The notes beneath the pieces were generated by a model. That model was given only the letters and a program-made list of their open reading frames with translations, was not told the DNA's origin and made no database searches. From Cetorhinus maximus (Eukaryota), in contig NC_135895.1 in assembly GCF_964194155.1 (NCBI RefSeq), forward strand, positions 30,876,001 to 30,940,000: 64,000 nt of DNA. The letters are read 5' to 3'. The position numbers and the translations under genes are program-made. How positions within the stretch are numbered: the stretch's first letter is position 1; every line of letters starts with the position of its first letter. Of the stretch, positions 25,060-37,379 are shown piece by piece.

Positions 25060-25632
25060 TATGCCCAACTATCTTCAGCTGCTTCATCAATGACCTTCCT
25101 TCCATCATAAGGTATGGTCGCTGATGATTACACAAGGTTCAGCACAATTTGCGACTCCTCAGATATTGAAGAAGTCCAAATGCAGCAAGACCTGGACAAT
25201 ATCCAGGCTTGGGCTGACAAGTGGCAAGTAACATTAGTGCCACACAAGAGACAATCTAACCATTGTCCCTTGACATTCAATGGCATTACCACCGCTGAAT
25301 CCTACGCTATCAACATCCTGGGGGGGGGTTACCATTAACCAGAAACTGAAGTGGACTAGCCATATAAATACACTGGCTACAAGAGCAGGTCAGAGGCCAG
25401 GAATCCTGTGACGAGTAACTCACCTTCTGACTCCCCAAATATTTCACTGTTTCTTCACTGTTGCTGGGTCAAAATCCTGGAACTCCCTCCCTAACAGCAC
25501 TGTGGGTGTACCTACACCATGTGGACTGCAGCAGTTCAAGGCGGCAGCTCACCACCACCTTCTCAAGGGCAATTAGAGATGGGCAATAAATGCTGGCCAA
25601 GCCAGTGACAGCCACATCCTGTAAATGAATAA
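25060..25632 (+). mobile_element. Internally deleted 3' fragment of a CR1/L2-group LINE
   Basis: FSCFINDLP, ADD, QQDLDNIQAWADKWQV and the tail GGGCAATAAATGCTGGCC shared with 34051-35405. Confidence 0.75.
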
Positions 25633-25693
25633 ACAAAACCCAGCCCACCCCACTTCCACAGCATTAGAACTGGCAAGTAGCAACCAGCCATAC

Positions 25694-25855
25694 CCAAGTA
25701 AAATTGTGCTGCAGCTCTGTTCGTATGGAGTATGACATTCAGCTCAGAGTCACTGCATTTTCTCTTCAGCCCCTCGGTGTAGGAGATGACAGCTTTCTTA
25801 TAATTCTTTTCCTTGAAGTAATGATTTCCTTCATTCTTGTATGTTTTTGCAAGCT
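25694..25855 (-). CDS. TTC4: TTC4 exon 3 (TPR)
   Basis: ttttacAG|LAKTYKNEGNHYFKEKNYKKAVISYTEGLKRKCSDSELNVILHTNRAAAQFYL|GTATGG; 162 bp. Confidence 0.94.
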
Positions 25856-26396
25856 CTGTAAAATGTAATTTAAAAGAAAAAGTCTAACACAATCTATAAA
25901 TCTAGAAATTGCCATCCAGCCTGACTAAAAATACTGATTTATCATTTAATCTCACATGGAGGCCCAAAATGTTTCAAAAGGAGCTAATCAGTAAATTAGA
26001 AGCTTGCAGCATTATTCTGGGAGAGTTGGCATTAAGATTCTCCCCAATGATTTTCCCATAAACAGTTTCAGTGTTTCCAATACTGATTACATAAATGAAT
26101 AAACATTCATTCAGTAATTTAATTAGAAATCAGTTCACAGGAGTACTCTTTTTCTTTGGAATCTTGTGACAATATATATAGGATCAGGCCAAAAGACCAC
26201 AGTGCACAAAATTCATCACATTACTAGCTTTCAGTTTTATACATGTTAACATTGAATGTCCTGTCAATGACAGAAAATTTAATTCCTTGGGTTTCTGTGA
26301 GGAAGGAATCTGCATGAAGGCAGTTGGTTGTCTACAACATTTGCAAATTGGAATGGGTTTTGCTTTTACTTTTTTGTTTGAAATGAACTCCAGTAC

Positions 26397-26514
26397 CTTC
26401 TGGAGATTGATCCTCATCATACAATATTGTCTGGATACAGGCAAGTTCTGGATGCTCCAAAGGATCAAGTTCTTCAGGTGCCTTTTTCATAAACATTGGA
26501 ATCTTGTCAAACTC
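26397..26514 (-). CDS. TTC4: TTC4 exon 2
   Basis: tttttcctgtccAG|EFDKIPMFMKKAPEELDPLEHPELACIQTILYDEDQSPE|GTACTG; 118 bp. Confidence 0.93.
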
Positions 26515-26899
26515 CTGGACAGGAAAAAAAAACAAATACCCATATGGTCAGCAAAGAAATTGCCTTTGGATTTCTCAACATTTAGCTGAAAGGAATTGCA
26601 CTGAATCCTAGATTGGATGTCAGTTAAATAAGACAAAAGAGGTGTTTAAGAGGTAGATCTAGGTGCCATCAGCATACATATGAAAGCTATCCACGCCTGC
26701 AGATGAAGAAAGGGGCCACCTCTAGATCCTTGAGGGGCAGAAACAACATTAGTTACATGAAGAGGCATCATTGTTGAAGATGTTCTGACAACAATTATAT
26801 AAGCAGGACTGAAACCAAGTGAGAGGAATCCCACTGAGCTGGAGCAGGCATTGGAGGAGGACAGCATGTAATACGTATGCAGGAGGTCACACAGAACAA

Positions 26900-27880
26900 G
26901 TGGAGAAAAGGCATCATGCTAAGTTACAGCCGGCATGATTTGCGATTTTAATTAGGGCCATTTCAGCGCTCCAACAGAGGGAGAAACCTGATTGGGAAAA
27001 TTCAAACCTGGAGTCACAGGAAACATGGTCATGGATTTCAGAAGTGTCAAAATATTCAAGGACTTCGGAGGGGAACAGTAGGTTGGAAATGGGCAGTCAT
27101 TTCCAAAGAAGAGGGGTCAATGGGAGGTTGGGGTTGAGGGAGCAGAACTGATGACTAGTTTTGAAAGAGAGAGCGGGGCAATACCTCAGCAGAGAAAACC
27201 ATTTAAAATATCAGCTAGCATGGGAACCAGGAAAGGAGGTCGAGTGACCACTCAACTCATCGGTTGGGAATGGGGTCATGGGAACAGGCGTTGGTCTCAC
27301 AGACAAGGTCAGCTCCAAGAAAGCATATTGGGGAATAGGAGAGAAAATTTCAATGACCCAGACTCAGAGCTAAGGCAAAGGGGAGGGGGAAACAACAGAG
27401 GATTTCAAATGATGATCCCAGTCTTAGCGAAAAAAAAGTTGATAAATTCCTTGTTGTTGGATCTGAGAGGGTTGGAGAGAGGGATTTAAGGCAACAGTTA
27501 GTACTGGAGAAAAGAATGGAGGAGAGGCTCTGAAGGATAATCCTGGAGTACAGGTCACTTTTGGCAGACACTGTTGAGACCTTGTCGAGCTTGATATAAT
27601 CCAGCCAGATCTGGTGATACAAGGCTAAACACAGTGTACTCCAGGTATTCTCAAGTCTACATCCCTTAGGACCTAAGACAACAGAGATGGGAAATAATAA
27701 AGGTTTATTGGAAATAGGGGCATCAAAGATGGAGGTGAAGGAATAGTTGAATGGATCAAAGGCTACAGAAGTATCATGATGAATGGAGGGCCAAATGCTA
27801 GCAGTGTGGTTGTAAGTGAGTAAGTGGAAAGAAAACATCACAAGGCCCAAGAATAGATAAATGAAGCTTATAGCCTCTGA
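26900..27880 (-). mobile_element. Old L2-like LINE fragment
   Basis: Purine-rich plus strand, with degenerate peptides resembling the L2 remnants at 54790-55830; boundaries approximate. Confidence 0.45.
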
Positions 27881-28639
27881 ACAATACAATTCAGAAGTGC
27901 CTTACACTCCCCTAAGGCAGCACAAGATTGAAAGCTCAATGATACAATGATATAAATAATGGCTCATTTCAGCTTTCAAATTTCAAACAAGCATCTAAAC
28001 TCAATTACAATCCAGCAATCCCTGCACTTTAAGTTAGCAGAATTCCTATTCATGGAACAGAAAATTGTGGGTTTAAGTTGTACATCAGGGCTGATTGCAT
28101 AAACCAGGTTGGATCTCTAGTCAGGATTGAGGGTGGACTACACTGTTGGAGGTGTTGTCATTTAACTGAAAGATTAAGCTAAGATCCTGTCTACTGGCTA
28201 AGCAAACATTAAAGATCCAAAGCATTACGAAGGAAAAGAAGAGTTGTCCTTATGTTGTTCCTCATATATTTACCAAAAAACCCCTCTGTTGTTTATGGAA
28301 TGTTGCTGCTCTTGAATAGCTGCCACATTTGCCTACATAATTACGGTCACTGTACTCCTAAAGTAGTTAATTATGTACTTCAAATACATGCTAAAATATG
28401 GAGATTTTTATGCCAATGATTGCATTAATCCAGTGCACCAAAGATAGTAAGTTTAGCCAACTGTCCATAATTTTGATCATTGACCTGAGATTCTCAGTAT
28501 ATACAAAAAATGACATACAACGTCATAGTAGTTAGTTTGAAATCTAATTGGACTGGAATACCACACAGAAGTGTTCAGTCACTGCAAATTTCCACCTCAG
28601 TACAAATGCTAAACATACAGGAGCACTTCAAATGTCACC

Positions 28640-29015
28640 TTAAGTCAGTTGGTAGCAACCCTACTTCTAAGTCATAAATGGTGGATTCAAGCCTCATGAA
28701 AGATTTGAGAGTGCATAATCTTAATGTACAATTCTGCACAGTATCTAGTGAGCGCTGCATTGTAAGAAGTGCTATATTTTGCATCAGATATTAAATGGAG
28801 GTTCTGCCTCTTCAGGTGGAACAGCAATATTCACAAAGCAGAGTCTTAGTCAACATTCTTCAACGAACTTTCTGAGTGACATTAAACTCAGACCCTGTCT
28901 GCTCTCTAAGATGGATGTAAAAGATCCCATGGCACTATTTTGATGAAGAGAGGGATTGGGGAAGTTATTCCCAGTGTCCTGGCCAATATTTATCCTTTAA
29001 TCAACATGACAAATA
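28640..29015 (+). mobile_element. Deu-domain SINE copies (SacSINE1/AmnSINE-like)
   Basis: GGATGTAAAAGATCCCATGGCACTATTT..GTGTCCTGGCCAATATTTATCC matches the recalled Deu domain; weaker copies at ~17320-17520, 28070-28400 and 42265-42690. Confidence 0.6.
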
Positions 29016-29019
29016 CAGT

Positions 29020-29505
29020 TCAGAGAAGTTCACTCAATTGATTCCTGGGATGAAGGGGTAATCTTTTGTAGAAAGGTTGAGCAGGTTGGACCTGCACCCA
29101 TTGGAGTTTAGAAGAATGAGAGGTTATCTTACACATGATACACATTAGATACTGAGTGGACTTGACATGATGGATACTGAGAGGATGTTTCCCCTTGTCG
29201 TGGATTCTAGAAACAGGGGACACAGTTTAAAAATTAGGAGTCTCCCATTTAAGACCGAGGCAAGGAGAATTTTTTTCTCAGAGGGTCATTAGTCTGTGGA
29301 AGTGGAATTCCACTTCCTCAGAGAGCAGTGGAGGCTGGGTCATTGCATATGTTCAAGGCTGTTGACAGATTTTTGGTCAACAAGGGAGTCAAGGGTTATG
29401 GGGGTGGGGGAAGACTGGAAAGTGGAGTTGAGGCCACAGTCAGATCAGGTGTGATCCTAGCTAATGACAGAGAGGGCTTGAAGGGCCAAAAGGCCTGCTC
29501 CTGCT
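29020..29505 (+). mobile_element. CR1 LINE 3' end
   Basis: QRSSLN.IPGMKG / LEFRRMRG remnants followed by a CR1 3' UTR. Confidence 0.75.
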
Positions 29506-31101
29506 CTAAAACGGGACCTGACAGGGGAGATGCTTTTTAGACTTCCAGACAGTGCCCCGTCCATTGTATTCGATTTTGCAGGGGTTTTGCCGGAATGCTT
29601 GTGGAGCTGGCTTCAAGAAGGACACTAGTATTTGTTTAACAGGCCTCTAATTGAATCTAGAGGATGTGGCAGAGGCATTGCTGGTAGAATTACTTTAATG
29701 CTCTTATGTGTTGCTGATACACAGTCCAGGTCTCACTACAGTACAGGAGAGTGGTGGCAACAACTGCTCTGTGCACTAGGGCTTCTGTTGACTTGTGGAA
29801 GTCTTTGTTGTTAAACATTTACTCCTGTAGTTTGTAAATTACTGAGCTGGCACAGGTGATTTGATGTTGCGTCTCCTCATCAGTGGAGGCCTTTTGAGGA
29901 AAGTGACTGCCAAAGTATGGGAAGTGTTCAACATGTTAAAGGGCAGCGTTCTACGGGAAGACAAAGAAAACCCTACAAACACACTCTGAAGCAAGGCAGC
30001 ATTGACATTGCTGACTGAGAGGAGCTTACTATCAATCATTCAAAATGGCGACAACTTGTCCATCAAGCAGCATCAGGTTGCAGCCAAACACCTTAACGAT
30101 GAGGCAAACAAACAAAGAAAAGTAAGCAAATTCTGCCCTCCGGATCCCGCTACCTCGTGGAACCGTGCTCCATGTGCCCAAAGATCTGTGGGTCGAAAAC
30201 AGGCCTGTTCAGTCACACAAAGACCCACAGCAGGAACTCATGGCCCTGTGTAGATGTCATCCTCAAATCGAGGGACGGCCAATGACGACTTCAAAAGTGC
30301 TTCAATGGCTTTAAAGTGGGACATCCTGAGGTTATGAAAGACACTATCATTGTAAGACTTCCACTTATTTGTGGAGCCCTTGTGTATAGATTGGCTGCTA
30401 TGTTCTACAACATGATTGTTTGTGTTGATACACTAAACCTAAGAGGAAAAACTGGCTCTGTCTGTATTATCTTAACAAAAGGAAGCTTAATAATATGACA
30501 GAAAACAAATTTACAATTATATACACCCTTTTCATTTCCTCAGAATACCCCCCAAATACTTTAGAGCCAACAAATTACTTTTGAAGTGCGGTCATCTCTT
30601 ATCGTTATAGCCAGTGCAGGGGCTAATGCTAATCCACCATTAACACGGATAGGACAGAACTTTACTCAATTATATGTCTACAACACCATCACTGTGAGCC
30701 TGCGGTAGGTGGCAACATTGAATCATAAAGAAGCTTCTGTCACTGGGGCTGCCTGAACCAGTGACACTGAAATCACTGGCTGCTAACACATTCCACAGCA
30801 CAGGGTGTTAAAAATAGATAAAAAGTAATTTCTGTCTGACCCTGAGGTAACAAATCTCAGCTGGGATATCCTGAGTCAGCTCCAAATGTTACTTACTAGC
30901 CATCATTCACTTAGTTTTACAATAAGAGTTTGTTCATCCTCGTGTGCCAATGTACCTAGGAAGTGTATTTAACCCTGCCTTGTCTCCATCGCTTGTTTTT
31001 TTTTCCCCCCTCCAATGTAGCAAACGGAGGAATGCAACATTTTCAAAACATTCCTAGTAGTTGCCCCCACTCCAGCTTTTGAGCAGCTCTCAAAATCCCA
31101 C

Positions 31102-31209
31102 CTCCTCCCAGTTATCTTCGTTGAAGCCTTGTTTGTACTTCTTCTCCTTGAACTGGTCGATGAACGCATCCATGCCATCATCTTCCCCCGGGGGTGGACC
31201 AGCGGCCAT
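31102..31209 (-). CDS. TTC4: TTC4 (tetratricopeptide repeat protein 4, Hsp70/Hsp90 co-chaperone) exon 1; spliced CDS 1176 nt = 391 aa plus stop
   Basis: MAAGPPPGEDDGMDAFIDQFKEKKYKQGFNEDNWEE|GTGGGA; all ten exons join in frame with GT-AG sites. Confidence 0.92.
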
Positions 31210-31400
31210 GATCCCCACCGCGCTCCAGGTAAACTCGCCGCACGAGCAGACAAACCGCCCGGCGCCCGGATACTGATACACTCGGCGATTTGCTACATTC
31301 AGCAGCACATGCTTCCGGCTGCACCACCACAAATCGTCCCCCCGGCCCCAAAAAACAGTTCCGCCCAGCCTTAACACTAGCACTAGAGACAGTGGGAATG
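31210..31400 (-). promoter_or_regulatory. TTC4 5' UTR / CpG-rich promoter
   Basis: CpG enrichment directly upstream of the ATG; ETS-like CCGGAAG at ~31312-31318 and GC boxes (CCGCCC). Confidence 0.55.
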
Positions 31401-31661
31401 TTACTCTCTATTTAAGGTGCTGAAATCTGCAGCATTCATGTCTTGGAAAATCATGGATCAAGACATTAAAAGGGGCGAGAGTCCTGACTCCTTACTGTGC
31501 TCAGTGTTCATGCACAGTGTGCGCAAAGTAGTACTGAAATCTCCATAGTGCCTAAGGAACGTTGTATTCGAGTAAAAAATGTAAATAGTTCATAAACTAG
31601 TTACACAATAAAATTTAGAAATGATTAGTCAATAACTAGGTAAAATGTTCAAATGATTATT

Positions 31662-31706
31662 CAGAGTTCTGATGAAGAGTCATACGGACTCGAAACGTTA
31701 ACTCTG
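31662..31706 (+). ncRNA. Minimal type-I hammerhead ribozyme with intact core
   Basis: cagagtt-CTGATGA-a-gagtc(atacg)gactc-GAAA-CGTT-aactctg: 7-bp helix I, canonical CUGAUGA/GAAA core, 5-bp helix II, palindromic ACGU in place of helix III. Confidence 0.75.
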
Positions 31707-31792
31707 TGTTTCTTTCCACAGATGCTGTCAGACCTGCTGAGTTTTTCCAGCAATTTTTGTTTTTGATTCAGAGGCATACATGGTTTAAGTAT

Positions 31793-32009
31793 TGTGGTAA
31801 CTGGATGTATGGTCACTCCCTCCTGCCAATCACAGGTCATGTGATATACTGTGGGGGGGCTCCAACCAGTGAGCTCTTAGCGCGGGCAATCCATGGGGCG
31901 GGGCTTTTCTGATGCGCGATCGGGCCCAGTGTGCAAGCACTAAAAATGTCTCGGTGATAAAGTTTAACTGTTTCTTGATGAAACCAGCCTGCCCCTTAGA
32001 GTCATCACA
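31793..32009 (+). repeat. 5' LTR
   Basis: TGTGGTAACTGG...GTCATCACA; direct repeat of 37166-37379. Confidence 0.9.
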
Positions 32010-32029
32010 TTTGGCGATAAGGGTAAAAT

Positions 32030-32577
32030 CAAAACAAAAACAAAATTACCTGGAAAAACTCAGCAGGTCTGGCAGCATCGGCGGAGAAGAAAAGAGTTGA
32101 CGTTTCGAGTCCTCACGACCCTTCAACAGAACTGAGTATAGTTAGGAGAGTGGTGAAATATAAGCTGGTTTAAGGTGGGAGGGGGGAGAGAGAAGTTGAG
32201 GGGGATGGGGTGGTTGTAGGGACAAGCAAGCAGTGATAGGAGCAGATAATCAAAAGATGTCACAGACAAAAGGATCAAAGAGGTGTTGAAGGTGGTGATA
32301 TTATCTAAGAAAATGTGCTAATTAAGAATGGATGGCAGGACACTCAAGGTACAGCTCTAGTGGGGTGGGGTGGAAAGACTGACAAGGTATTAGTTGTAGA
32401 TTTAAAAATAATGGAAATAGGTGGGAAAAGAAAAACCTATATAAATTATTGAAAAAAACAAAAGGGAGGGGGAAGAAACGGGGTGGGGATGGGGGGAGGG
32501 AGTTTAAGATCTAAAGTTGTTGAATTCAATATTCAGCCCGGAAGGCTGTAAAGTGCCTAGTCGGAAGATGAGGTGCT
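32030..32577 (-). mobile_element. Penelope-like 3' fragment nested just downstream of the Gypsy PBS
   Basis: Minus strand HLIFRLGTLQPSGLNIEF, then 3' UTR with hammerhead motif at 32095-32133. Confidence 0.8.
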
Positions 32578-34050
32578 TTCGACTCTGCACCTCACTCTGT
32601 TACTGTGAGTAAATTGTATTAAAAGAAACACTCACCAACCATGCCGCTGTTTGGAAGAATTGATCTGTCTGATGCTAATATTGAAGATTGGAGCCAGTAC
32701 GTTGAGCTTTTACTTTGTAGCAAATGAAATAACTGCTGAAGAAAAGCAAAAAGTGATCCTCTTAAGTGTATGCGGCAGTAAAACATATAACTTAATTCGT
32801 AACCTGACGGCCCCGAGCACATCCAATTGCAAGACATAGCGAATTAGCAGACCTCGTGAAAACATACTTCCAGCTGAAGGCATCCCTGAAAATGCAGCGC
32901 TTTAAGTTCAAGAGTTGGGGTCCCTATGCAGCAAACCTCAAGCGGTTAACGGAATATTGCGGCATCGGAGACGTTTTAAACGGTATGCTGTGGGACTGAT
33001 TGCTATGTGACATCAAGGACAATGCCATTCAGCGCTGATTACTTGCCAAGGTCGATATAGATCTTAAACGTGCCCTAGAAATCTCCCCTGCCATTGAAAG
33101 TGCTGTGAGAAACTCGCAGGCTTTGCAACACATGGAAAATGGCACCATACTTCATGTTGGGCGAGAACCTGCTGCCGAGCATGGTGTGAAAGCCAGGCCT
33201 GCAGAATTAAAGCACGATTCAATGGCTACTGTGAGAAACATGAAGAAGCCGAACAGATACGCTTCATCATCGGTTTCAAGACAAAATTGCTATAGATGTG
33301 GAGGTGGCCACAGAGCAGATAACTGTAAATTCTAAGAGGCAGAATGCCATTACTGTCATAAGAAGGGACATGTGGTTAGGCAATGGCAGACAAAGTTGAA
33401 GCAATCTGCAAAACAGCAAACAAACATGATAGAAGTAATGGATACAGCAAAGGCTGAAGCTGCTGCTCCTGACGTTTAATCCTTATATAACCTGACTGCT
33501 GTGAAGACTGAGCCTATTACGGTGACAGTACAAGTGAATAAGAAGCCACTGACAATGGAAGTGGATACTGGTGCCTCAACTATGATGGTAGGAGAGCACA
33601 CTTTCAGGTACCTTAATGAAGGAAGACAGCCAATAAATTTGGAGTGGACGAACACTAAGAATTTACACAGGAGAATCTATTCAAGTATAGGGCACCGCCA
33701 CTGTCCCAGTCTCTTACAAGTGGCAGACAGCCCAACTGCCTGTAATAATAGTGAAAGGAGAGGGACCCAGTCTTTTAGGTCTAGATTGGTGCAGAAGATC
33801 AAACTCAACTGGTTTGAGATATTTCACCTAAAATCAGATGGAATCCCAGAACTTCTAAGGAAATACAACATGATTTTTCGGGATGAATTAGGGAAGTTAA
33901 AAGGGATGCATGCCAAGATACATGTTGATCCTCAAGCGACACCATGTTTCTTTAAGGCCAGACCTATGCCTTATAGATTGAAAGAAGAGGTGGATGCAGA
34001 GCTGTGCAGGTTAGCAAAGCTGGGCACCATCCAACCTGCCCAATTCTCAG

Positions 34051-35405
34051 GACAAATTCAACCCATCCAATTACCACCCCATCAGTCTACTCTCGATCAT
34101 CAGTAAAGTAATGGAAGGGGTCATCAACAGTGCTATCAAGCAGCACTTGCTTAGCAACACCCTGCTCACTGACGCCCAGTTTGGGTTTCGCCAGGGCCAC
34201 TCAGCTCCTGCCTTAATTACAGCCTTGGTTCAAATATGGACAAAAAAGCTGAACTCCCGAGGTGAGGTGAGAGTGATTGTCCTTGACATCAAGGCTGCAT
34301 TTGACAGAGTGTGGCATCAACGAGCCCTAGCAAAACTGGAGTCAATGGGAATCATTGGGAAAACTCTCCACTGGTTGGAGTCATACCTAACACAAAGTAA
34401 GATAGTTGATAGTCTGCAGGAGTTCCTCAGGGTAGTGTCCCTGGCCCAACCATCTTCAGCTGCTTCATCAATGACCTTTCTTCCATCATAAGGTCAGAAG
34501 TGTGGGTATTCGCTGATGATTACACAAATGTTCAGCACCATTCGCGACTCCTCAGATACTGAAGCAGTCCATGTCCAAATGTAGCAAGATCTGGACAATA
34601 TCCAGGCTTGGGCTGATAAGTGGCAAGTAACATTCGTACCACACAAGTGTCAGGCAATGACCATCTCCAACAAGAGAGAATCTAACCATCGCCCCTTGAT
34701 GTTCAATGGCATTACCATCACTGAATCCCCCACCATCAACCTCCTGGGGGTTAGCATTGACCAGAAATTGAACCGGATTAGCCATTAAATACTGAGGCTA
34801 CAAGAGCAGTTCAGGGGTTAGGAATAGTGCAACGAGTAACTCACCTCCTGACTCCCTAAAGCCTATCCACCATCTACAAGGCACAAGTCAGGAGTGTGAA
34901 GGAATACTCCCCGCTTGCCTGGATGAGTACAGATCCCATAACACTCAAGAAGCTTGACCTCATCCAGGGCAAAGCAGCCTGCTTGATTGACACCACATCC
35001 ACAAACATTCACTCACTCCACCACCGACATACAGTAGCAGCAGTGTGTACCATCTACAAGATGCATTTCAGGAATTCACCAAGGCTCCTTCGACAGCACC
35101 TTCCAAACCCACGACCACTACCATCTAGAAGGACAAGGGCAGCAGATTGATGGGAACACCACCACCTAGAAGTTCCCCTCCAAGTCACTCACCATCCTGA
35201 CTTGGAAATATATTGCCGTTCCTTCACTGTTGCTGGGTCAAAACCATGGAACTCCCTTCCTAACAGCACTGTGGATGTACCTACACCACATGGATTGCAG
35301 CGGTTCAAGAAGGCAGCTCACCACCACCTTCTCAAGGGCAACTAGGGATGGGCAATAAATGCTGGCCCAGCCAGTGAAGCCCACATCCCATGAATGAACA
35401 ATTTT
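34051..35405 (+). mobile_element. 5'-truncated CR1/L2-group LINE nested in Gypsy pol
   Basis: NYHPISLLSIISKVME..QFGFRQGHSA..LDIKAAFDRVWH..FADD; tail GGGCAATAAATGCTGGCCCAGCCAG..CCCATGAATGAA. Confidence 0.88.
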
Positions 35406-37165
35406 TAAAAAATTCTCAGTTAGAAAAAGGTTTATCAGTAGTATTCCACCTAAAAAAATGTTTCACCAGTACCTACATGGATGAAATTTTACCATTGTGT
35501 CAGACCATAGATCATTAACAGGATTATTCAGTAAGGATAAGGCCAGTCTACCAATAGCATCAGCAAGAATACAACGCTAGGATCTGACATTATCTGCGTA
35601 CGAGTAGACTTTTTGTACTGCCCTGGCCTACACATTGCAAATGCAGAGGCACTCAGTCATCTCCCGTTGCCATATAGTATTGTAAATACTCCCGTTCCAC
35701 AAGAATTAGTGCTATTATTGAATTTCTTAGATTCTTCGCCTGTTTGTGCAAAACAAATTAGAAATTGAATGAACAGAGATCCAATATGTTCGAAAGTCAG
35801 AGACTTGGTTTTGCAAGGATGGCCATACTCGCCTGTACCTGAAGAATTGGGAACATTCCATGTCAGAAACACGGAATTAAGCTGTCAAGACGGAATTGTG
35901 TTGTGGGGTTCAAGAGTTGTCGTATCATCACAAGGTAGAGAGCCACTCTCGACAGAGATCTACAGTGCGCAGCCAGGCATATCAAAGATGAAAATGCTTG
36001 CACGAAACTATGCATGGTGACCAGGTATTAAGAGTGACATTGAAAGCATGGTCAAACACTGCCTCCACTGCCAGCAACAACAGAAGTTACCTGTTTCAGT
36101 TTCCCTGCATCTATGGGAGTGGCCTGGTTGACCCTGGGTTCGACTACATATCAATTATGTAGGTCCATTTTTAGGTACCATGTTCTTGTTAATTGTAGGT
36201 GCACATTCAAAATGGATGGATGTGTATGAAGTCAAATTGCCAATATCGAACACAACTATCGAGAAGCTACGTCACTGTTTCAGCATTCATGGCCTACCTG
36301 AAATTGTCATTTCTGATAATGGTACAGCCTTTACCAGCACCATTTTTCAGAAATTTATGGATATGAATGGAATCTGCCATATAAAGACAGCCTCTTGACA
36401 TCCCTCATCGAATGGTCTGGCCGAGACGGTAATACAAACTTTTAAGTCTGGCATGAAAAAATTACCGGAAGGCACTCTGAAATCTCGACTTTCCTGGTTT
36501 CTCTTCAGTTATCGTACAACGCCACATTCAACTACGGGTTCAACACCGTTGGTGTTATTCATGAAATGCCATTTGCATACACGTTTGCACTTGGTATTTC
36601 TGAGTTTAGCGAGGGAGGTAGCACAGAACCAGAGTAATCAGAAATTTAACCATGACATACACAGTAAAGCTCGCACATTCAGTGTAGGTGACAAGGTGTA
36701 CGTGCAAAATTTCAGCAGTGGACACTGCTGGGCTCCAGGAGCCATTGTTTCAGAGGCTGGTCCATTATCTTTCCAAGTACAAGTGGGAGATGGAATCATC
36801 TGTAAGCACGTAGATCACATCCGTGCCAGGGAGACATTCCAACAATTAACTGATCAACCTGTGATTAACATTAAACTGTCGACTTCTGAAGTATGTGATC
36901 GACCTAGAATAAACATTTCAGATGTTTCAGAAGTGTTACCAAATCCTGAACTGCCCAGTTCCAATCATGTGCCTCACAGTGCAGCTCCAGATCCTGTAGA
37001 TTCTGTTCAGGAACCTCCAGTGGTAAAGCTACACCGCTCTAGCCATTTAGGAAGAGCCCCTCAGACACTTGATTTATAATCACCTGAAATTGTATATATG
37101 TTTGTTGAATTGTTTAAATGTTTTTCTGTAAAGAGTAATTGTAAAAAAACTAAAGGGGCAGGAAA

Positions 37166-37379
37166 TGTGGTAACTGGATGTATAGTCACTCCCTCCTGCC
37201 AGTCACAGGTCATGTGATGTTTGTGGGGGCTCCGACCAGTGAGCTCTTAGCGCGGGCAATCCGCGGGGCAGGGCTTATCCAATGAGAGATCTGGTCAAGC
37301 ATGCAAGCACTAAAATGTCTCTGTAATAAAGTTTAACTGTTTCTTGATGAAACCAGTCTGGTCCATAACAGTCATCACA
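37166..37379 (+). repeat. 3' LTR
   Basis: Direct repeat of 31793-32009, preceded by the PPT; contains AATAAA. Confidence 0.9.

Larger units (their letters stand above)
31793..37379 (+). mobile_element. Ty3/Gypsy LTR retrotransposon (Mag-like), both LTRs present, degenerate
   Basis: LTRs TG..CA at 31793-32009 and 37166-37379; flanks AGTAT/GGTAT (5-bp TSD, one mismatch); PBS-like TGGCGATAAGG after the 5' LTR; PPT AAAGGGGCAGGAAA; gag MPLFGRID and CYRCGGGHRADNC; protease MEVDTGAS; RNase H and integrase (GLPEIVISDNGTAF, YRTTPHSTTG). Confidence 0.92.
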
